A stretch of 10,874 nucleotides of DNA from a virus, in the UHGV virus genome UHGV-0126855. The stretch is one strand, 5' to 3'. Positions 1-5,123 of the stretch are shown one piece after another; position 1 is the stretch's first letter; each line of letters opens with the position of its first letter. A program made the position numbers and the translations under genes. A model generated the notes under the pieces. It worked only from the letters and a program-made list of their open reading frames with translations. It had not been told where the DNA came from and did not search any database.

Positions 1-16
1 GCTTGTAATGGGTTAA

Positions 17-457
17 GTGATAACAGATGTCTGGAAATATAGGGGCAAATCCAGGAACCCAGAAATACTTCCAGATCACTGGATGTATTACGCGATGCTT
101 TTGTGTATCAGTTATGTTCTGAACAGGGTGATGGAGTTTATATTTCTGGCATCTTCAGACAGATATAAAAAATATCTCAGTAAGAGAGATGAGGCTAAAG
201 TAATTGTGGAGACTGAGCGCCTGTTCAATTCTCTGAGTATTCAGGAAAAAGAGGTTTTAGCATTTGCTGTTATGGCAAATAACAAAATCGTACTTAAGCA
301 CGGCGATCCGGTCGCTTTATCTCTTATGAGAAAAGGCCTTCTCCATCGCTCAGGTGTGACTTACAGCGCGTCAGGTAAAGAGAAATTTGTTATACCTGAC
401 GTCTGGTTCCATGAGTGTTATATGCGCTTTGCTGGTAAAGCTGATGAGCTAATTTAG
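17..457 (+). CDS. Hypothetical protein (146 aa), convergent with the N-like gene; start codon uncertain
   Basis: Complete ORF in the six-frame track, followed by a hairpin and T-run at 464-507. It begins at GTG 17 without a convincing SD, and the next in-frame Met is at nt 83. No motif recognised. Confidence 0.45.
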   Translation: MITDVWKYRGKSRNPEILPDHWMYYAMLLCISYVLNRVMEFIFLASSDRYKKYLSKRDEAKVIVETERLFNSLSIQEKEVLAFAVMANNKIVLKHGDPVALSLMRKGLLHRSGVTYSASGKEKFVIPDVWFHECYMRFAGKADELI

Positions 458-463
458 TTCCTC

Positions 464-507
464 GACGGCGGGGGATCGTCATCTCGCCGTCAGTTGTTTT
501 GATTTCC
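464..507 (+). terminator. Putative intrinsic terminator after the 17..457 gene
   Basis: Inverted repeat gacggcgg (464-472) / ctcgccgtc (483-491) gives a ~9-bp stem with one G-T pair and a ~10-nt loop, followed by the T-rich agttgttttgatttcc. It overlaps the 3' end of the minus-strand N-like ORF. Confidence 0.4.
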
Positions 508-862
508 GGTATCCTGCTGCGTAAAGAGCTACATCTGGAAGACATACACCAGTTTCTGGTTGCTTATGTCCAAACTCATTCGCGTACACAATGGCCGCTC
601 TCTCCAGATTGCGTCTGTATTCTTTCTGTTGCCAGATCACGTCCTGTGCCATGAACTTAATTGGCTTAGCGTCTTCTATGCGCTCAGGCGTTTCGTGTTT
701 ACCTTTAGCCTGAATCTGTGCCCGACTGAGGGTAGGGCGATGAAGTTTCTCTGAACTGATAACCTCTTCACGAGCTTCAACACCATGTGCAATGGCTTGC
801 GCCTTTAAACGTTCACGGCGACGAGCTGCTGATGAACCTTTGAAAGCTGTTCTGCGTGTCAT
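479..862 (-). CDS. N-like transcription antiterminator (about 127 aa from ATG 862; the ORF track extends it to GTG 910)
   Basis: The N-terminus MTRRTAFKGSSAARRRERLKAQA is an arginine-rich motif resembling lambda N (…TRRRERRAEKQAQ…). SD AGGAGG (plus-strand cctcct 869-874) sits 6 nt upstream of ATG 862. The gene lies immediately downstream of pL, as N does in lambda. Confidence 0.6.
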   Translation of the reverse strand: MTRRTAFKGSSAARRRERLKAQAIAHGVEAREEVISSEKLHRPTLSRAQIQAKGKHETPERIEDAKPIKFMAQDVIWQQKEYRRNLERAAIVYANEFGHKQPETGVCLPDVALYAAGYRKSKQLTAR

Positions 863-977
863 GGTGACCTCCTGATGAACTTTGGTGATGTGGGCGGTAA
901 CCAGCCGCACAAGTCAGGGCCATCTTCACGTTTTACCCTTTCTCGCTTGCCACATCCCAAAGTTCACTTTGGTTATC

Positions 978-999
978 GCGCTTTGTCAGCGCCGTAGAT
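978..999 (-). promoter_or_regulatory. Candidate nutL (boxB-like hairpin)
   Basis: The minus-strand transcript reads CUACG-GCGCU-GACAA-AGCGC, a 5-bp stem with a 5-nt loop in the pL leader. The same CUACG-(N)CGCU-GACAA-AGCG(N) element recurs downstream of cro at 3651-3671. Confidence 0.45.
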
Positions 1000-1060
1000 T
1001 CATATTCGAATCGTTGTATATTCACCGCCCTGGTGAGTAGTGCGTCCTGCTGATGTGTTT

Positions 1061-1123
1061 AGTATCACCGCTAGTGGTATTTATGTCAACACCGCTAGAG
1101 ATAATTCATCACCGCAGATGGTT
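1061..1123 (-). promoter_or_regulatory. pL promoter with oL1-oL2-oL3 operators (lambda-type)
   Basis: The plus strand carries tatcaccgctagtggta (1063-1079), caacaccgctagagata (1087-1103) and catcaccgcagatggtt (1107-1123), each within about 1 nt of lambda OL1/OL2/OL3 as I recall them. On the minus strand this gives -35 TTGACA (1084-1089) and -10 GATACT (1061-1066), transcribing leftward into the N-like gene. Confidence 0.8.
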
Positions 1124-1270
1124 ATCTGTATGTTTTTTATATGAATTTATTTTTTGCAGGGGTGCATTGTTTGGTAGGTGAGAGATCTGAATTGCTATGT
1201 TTAGTGAGTTGTATCTATTAATTTTCAAATAAATACAATTGGTTATGTGTTTTTTTTGGGGGGGTTAGGC

Positions 1271-1300
1271 AAAGAAAACCCGGCGCTGAGGCCGGGTTCT
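1271..1300 (-). terminator. Intrinsic terminator after the ParA-like gene (possibly bidirectional)
   Basis: Stem cccggc (1279-1284) / gccggg (1291-1296) with loop gctgag. The minus-strand RNA follows it with UUUUCUUU and the plus strand with ttcttgctt. It lies 4 nt beyond the ORF stop at 1304. Confidence 0.6.
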
Positions 1301-1303
1301 TGC

Positions 1304-2347
1304 TTAAAGAATACTTGCCAGATACTTAAGTTGTCTTTGATATCGAGTAACCGACTGGTTAACTTGTAACCTTTTCCCTTCACTTACTGTATGGAAGCGA
1401 CCAACTTTTAGCTGTGATATTGGTATGCTTTCAGCCCCACTAATTTGCCCGCTTGATACAAAATCATCTGTAACCACAATTGCTTTGCTAACATCTTCAT
1501 CGGCAAAGAGATGACTGTATTTTTCAGCGATTTTTACAGCTCTCTCTATGTACATTTGAGATGCGCGACCTGGTGTTGATGATTTACGGCTTTTTGAACC
1601 AGCCATTGTCATTACGATCGCTGCTACTTTTGGAGCCCCAAGCCCACCCGCACGCTCATTCCATAATACAAAATCTTTTGATTTATTTGCCAGCATTTCC
1701 ATTGTGAGATGAAGTGACTCAATTGAGTGTTCATCTACGCGTACAGGGATAATCAATGCCTCAGACGCGCACCATGCTAGGTGTGTTCCTCCAGCATAGA
1801 AGGGGCTTGTATCCATCAATAAAATTTCGCATTTTTTGTCTTTCGCTTCATCGTTCATTATTGCGCGAAGAGAATTTAATAGTGTTGATACTGCTTTTGG
1901 TTCTCCGCGAGATAGCGCTACTTGTAGTTGTTGATACATGCTTGATGGGAAAGCGAATAGCTCAGGATCACCTGGAATCGCATAACATGCCTTACCACCT
2001 TTAAAATCTGGGCAGAAATTACTTACTCGATATGAAATATCTTCTGGCTGCTCACCAAAAGCTGGACCCAGCATTTTTGGTGTCAGTGCATTAGCTATTG
2101 TTACAACCGGTTTTTCACCACGCAATAGTGTCTCCGTTAAATTACATTGCGGGCATAAGTCAGCCACTAATACGGAGTTACGTCGTGACAGCTCATAGGC
2201 GAGGTTGAATGTCATCGTGGACTTACCAACACCACCGCGCAGATTGGAAACTGCATAACTTTTGAATTTTGGCCCGCCATCTACGACGTAACCTTCCTCA
2301 ACAACTTGTGCATAGCGTGCCATTACTGACTCAACTACAGTGCTCAT
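1304..2347 (-). CDS. ParA/MinD/Soj-family P-loop ATPase (347 aa) with a ~100-aa uncharacterised C-terminal extension; orphan, with no ParB partner
   Basis: Deviant Walker A RGGVGKST (aa 37-44), A' motif VLVADLCPQCNLT (aa 59-71) and Walker B-like EILLMDTSP (aa 174-182). Strong SD AAGGAGG (plus-strand cctcct 2355-2360) sits 7 nt from ATG. It has its own promoter region and is flanked by terminators. Confidence 0.8.
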   Translation of the reverse strand: MSTVVESVMARYAQVVEEGYVVDGGPKFKSYAVSNLRGGVGKSTMTFNLAYELSRRNSVLVADLCPQCNLTETLLRGEKPVVTIANALTPKMLGPAFGEQPEDISYRVSNFCPDFKGGKACYAIPGDPELFAFPSSMYQQLQVALSRGEPKAVSTLLNSLRAIMNDEAKDKKCEILLMDTSPFYAGGTHLAWCASEALIIPVRVDEHSIESLHLTMEMLANKSKDFVLWNERAGGLGAPKVAAIVMTMAGSKSRKSSTPGRASQMYIERAVKIAEKYSHLFADEDVSKAIVVTDDFVSSGQISGAESIPISQLKVGRFHTVSEGKRLQVNQSVTRYQRQLKYLASIL

Positions 2348-2371
2348 ATGAATTCCTCCTTTAAATTTTGA

Positions 2372-2402
2372 ATATTAAAGCACCACAATGATGCAGGAGC
2401 AA
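2372..2402 (-). promoter_or_regulatory. Putative sigma-70 promoter for the ParA-like gene
   Basis: Minus strand reads TTGCTC (-35; plus 2397-2402), a 17-nt spacer, then TTTAAT (-10; plus 2374-2379). The -35 overlaps the promoter-proximal copy of the 19-bp repeat. Confidence 0.4.
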
Positions 2403-2476
2403 TAAAAAAGTGCAGGAGAATGTAAAATTAGCAGGTGAATTAAAAATGCGCAGGAGATGTGATGTTTTGCAGGTTG
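2392..2476. repeat. Five direct repeats of GCAGG(A/T)(G/T) at exact 19-bp phasing
   Basis: Core starts at 2393, 2412, 2431, 2450 and 2469 (gcaggag, gcaggag, gcaggtg, gcaggag, gcaggtt), separated by AT-rich spacers, upstream of the ParA-like gene. Confidence 0.7.
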
Positions 2477-2570
2477 ACTGAACAAATGCTGATGTATACC
2501 TCGTTTGTAGATAGGTATGTTAATTGCTATATAACATGCTTATGTTATTGATATTTATATATATTAATCA

Positions 2571-2598
2571 TAAAAAAAGGCCGCACTTCTGTGCGACC
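2571..2598 (-). terminator. Intrinsic terminator immediately downstream of cI
   Basis: Minus-strand RNA GGUCGCAC-AGAA-GUGCGGCC has an 8-bp stem with one G-U pair, followed by U7 (plus-strand A-run 2572-2578). It separates cI from the ParA-like gene. Confidence 0.65.
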
Positions 2599-2603
2599 TT
2601 TCA

Positions 2604-3320
<717 letters not shown>

Positions 3321-3327
3321 TTAAATC

Positions 3328-3393
3328 TATCACCGCAAGGGATAAACTTCTAACACCGTGCGTGTTGACTATTTTACCTCTAGCGGTGATAAT
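3328..3393. promoter_or_regulatory. oR3-oR2-oR1 operators with divergent pRM and pR
   Basis: tatcaccgcaagggata (3328-3344), taacaccgtgcgtgttg (3351-3367) and tacctctagcggtgata (3375-3391) match lambda OR3/OR2/OR1 closely. pR has -35 ttgact (3365-3370) and -10 gataat (3388-3393). The cro SD is taaggagg, followed by ATG 3418. Confidence 0.9.
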
Positions 3394-3417
3394 GATTACC
3401 TGTACTAAGGAGGTTGT

Positions 3418-3618
3418 ATGGAACAACGCATAACCCTGAAAGATTATGCAATACGCTTTGGGCAAACCAAGACGGCTAAAGATCTCGGCGTATATCAAAG
3501 CGCGATTAACAAGGCCATTCATGCAGGCCGAAAGATTTTTTTAACTATAAACGCTGATGGAAGCGTTTATGCGGAAGAAATAAAGCCCTTCCCAAGTAAC
3601 AAAAAAACAGCTGCATAA
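3418..3618 (+). CDS. cro: Cro repressor (lambda-type, 66 aa)
   Basis: Translation [42 protein letters not shown]… is near-identical to lambda Cro from memory. Confidence 0.95.
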   Translation: MEQRITLKDYAIRFGQTKTAKDLGVYQSAINKAIHAGRKIFLTINADGSVYAEEIKPFPSNKKTAA

Positions 3619-3625
3619 GTAACAC

Positions 3626-3671
3626 CGTTCTTTTCACAATGGACATTCGTCCTACGTCGCTGACAAAGCGA
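3626..3671 (+). promoter_or_regulatory. Candidate nutR (boxA-like plus boxB hairpin)
   Basis: cgttcttttcaca (3626-3638) resembles boxA (CGCTCTTACACA). The hairpin tcgct-gacaa-agcga (3657-3671) is preceded by ctacg, the same element found in the pL leader. Confidence 0.5.
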
Positions 3672-3755
3672 GCCCCAAGATATCTGACCAACTAAGGCCA
3701 TATGCGTTTCAACGCATACCTTTCAACTAACTATTCACTATTGGAAAATTAACAA

Positions 3756-4052
3756 ATGACACAAGCAAGTTACAGCAAGCCAACACAGCGAGAAATTGAT
3801 CGCGCAGAAACTGATTTACTCATCAACCTGTCAACGCTTACCCAGCGTGGTCTGGCAAAGATGATTGGCTGTCATGAATCGAAGATAAGCAGAACGGACT
3901 GGAGATTTATTGCTTCGGTCTTGTGTGCTTTCGGAATGGCATCAGACATCAGTCCGATTAGCAGGGCTTTTAAGTATGCGCTTGATGAAATCACAAAGAA
4001 AAAATCCCCGGCCGCCACCGAGGATTTTAAGCAAATTGATATGCAATTCTGA
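3756..4052 (+). CDS. cII: CII-like transcriptional activator (98 aa)
   Basis: It sits in the cII position after cro and nutR. The C-terminus [18 protein letters not shown] resembles lambda CII (…KKRPAATERSEQIQMEF); the N-terminal part is divergent. Confidence 0.7.
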   Translation: MTQASYSKPTQREIDRAETDLLINLSTLTQRGLAKMIGCHESKISRTDWRFIASVLCAFGMASDISPISRAFKYALDEITKKKSPAATEDFKQIDMQF

Positions 4053-4084
4053 GGTCATTACTGGATCAATCCACAGGAGTAATT

Positions 4085-4231
4085 ATGACAAAACAACTCA
4101 GTCCTTACCAGGACAAAATTCACAAACACATACTACGTGATCGCTTCCTGTCCAGCTTCAAGCAGCCTGGTCGATTCCGGGCTGAGTTGGAAAAAGTGAA
4201 GCTGATGCAGAAGGAGAAAGGTCATGAGTAA
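4085..4231 (+). CDS. Small hypothetical protein (48 aa) between cII and the O-like gene
   Basis: ATG 4085 is preceded by SD aggag (4075-4079). The [51 protein letters not shown] overlaps the O-like start by 8 nt. It is absent from the ORF track (presumably below its length cutoff). Confidence 0.4.
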   Translation: MTKQLSPYQDKIHKHILRDRFLSSFKQPGRFRAELEKVKLMQKEKGHE

Positions 4232-5123
4232 CATATCTAATCTAGCCGAAGCCAGAGAGGCCAGAAGGCTACAACAACCGCATCAAAGCAGCGGTAAGGG
4301 GTATGCCTTGCTGCACCGTAAAATTATGGATGTGCCGTTTTACAAGGACGCAGAAGCAGCGCATCTGTGGGTTCACTTAATCCTCAAAGCAAAGCATACG
4401 CCTGAGTATGTAATGACTGACGCAGGAGAAATTCTGGTAGGCAGAGGGAAGCTACTTGGCGGTAGAAACTCTCTGGCGTTTGAAACAGGACTCAAACCAG
4501 ATCGCGTTCAGTACCTGCTTAGAAAGTTCAAAAAACTCGGCATGATTGACTGGGTTTCACACGGTAAATTCTCAGTTTTCTCGGTAGAGAAATATGACGA
4601 TTATCAGTCAAATTTTGTACCAGCAGATTACCAGCAAATTACCACCTCAAAGCCAGCAATACCAATGCCTGCAAGCAATACTGTACCAGCAGATTACCAG
4701 CAAATTACCACAGATAAAGAATATAATAATATTATCTCTAATACTGACGTATTAGAGAGTGCCACAGCAGACAAAAAGTCTGACAAGAAAAAACCTTCCG
4801 TCAGCTGTCAGGATGTTGTCGATGCTTACCACGAAATCCTTCCTGAAGCGCCAAGAATCCGCGCACTGAATGACAAGCGTAAAAACCAGATCCGAACGTT
4901 CTGGCGCAAAGCCGGAGTGATAACCCGCCAGCTTGACGGGCATGGGTTCACGATGCAGGACTGGAGAAATTATTTGAGCTACGTAGGCGAAAATTGCCGA
5001 TGGATGTTCGAAGAACGCCCAAACCATCAACGCGGAACCGTCTGGCACAAAAAGGGATTTGATTTCCTGCTTAACGACAATACCTACCTGAAAGTTCGTG
5101 AGGGTGAACACGATGACCGATAA
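4224..5123 (+). CDS. O-like replication initiator (299 aa) with the origin embedded in its coding sequence
   Basis: It occupies the O position upstream of the helicase. SD aaggag (4211-4216) precedes ATG 4224. Internal iteron DNA encodes the repeated peptide [10 protein letters not shown]. The stop overlaps the helicase start. Confidence 0.7.
   Translation: MSNISNLAEAREARRLQQPHQSSGKGYALLHRKIMDVPFYKDAEAAHLWVHLILKAKHTPEYVMTDAGEILVGRGKLLGGRNSLAFETGLKPDRVQYLLRKFKKLGMIDWVSHGKFSVFSVEKYDDYQSNFVPADYQQITTSKPAIPMPASNTVPADYQQITTDKEYNNIISNTDVLESATADKKSDKKKPSVSCQDVVDAYHEILPEAPRIRALNDKRKNQIRTFWRKAGVITRQLDGHGFTMQDWRNYLSYVGENCRWMFEERPNHQRGTVWHKKGFDFLLNDNTYLKVREGEHDDR
4616..4745. repeat. Putative replication origin: iterons plus an AT-rich tract
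   Basis: Identical 30-bp direct repeats tgtaccagcagattaccagcaaattaccac lie at 4616-4645 and 4682-4711. Each holds two ~13-bp sub-iterons CCAGCA(G/A)ATTACC, with a degenerate copy ccagcaatacc between them. The AT-rich agataaagaatataataatattatctctaatact follows. Confidence 0.6.

Noticed and set aside
560-754. 64-aa ORF on the plus strand
   Set aside because: It lies entirely inside and antisense to the N-like gene, with no SD or motif.
1141-1221. 26-aa ORF (MNLFFAGVHCLVGERSELLCLVSCIY) in the AT-rich region left of oL
   Set aside because: No SD, not coupled to anything, and low-complexity AT-rich DNA. It is more likely promoter or leader sequence.
1756-2004. 82-aa ORF on the plus strand
   Set aside because: Antisense and internal to the ParA-like gene, which has clear family motifs.
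1304-2347. ParA-like gene as part of a genuine plasmid-type partition system
   Set aside because: There is no ParB, ParG or HTH partner and no plasmid replicon context in the window. This is kept as an alternative that sequence beyond the window could revive.
2392-2476. Possible CRISPR array
   Set aside because: The repeat core is only 7-8 bp at 19-bp period with no spacer-sized unique segments. That is far too short for CRISPR repeats; it is a binding-site array.
3910-4140. 76-aa ORF on the plus strand
   Set aside because: It overlaps the cII-like gene out of frame and runs across the SD and start of the 48-aa ORF.
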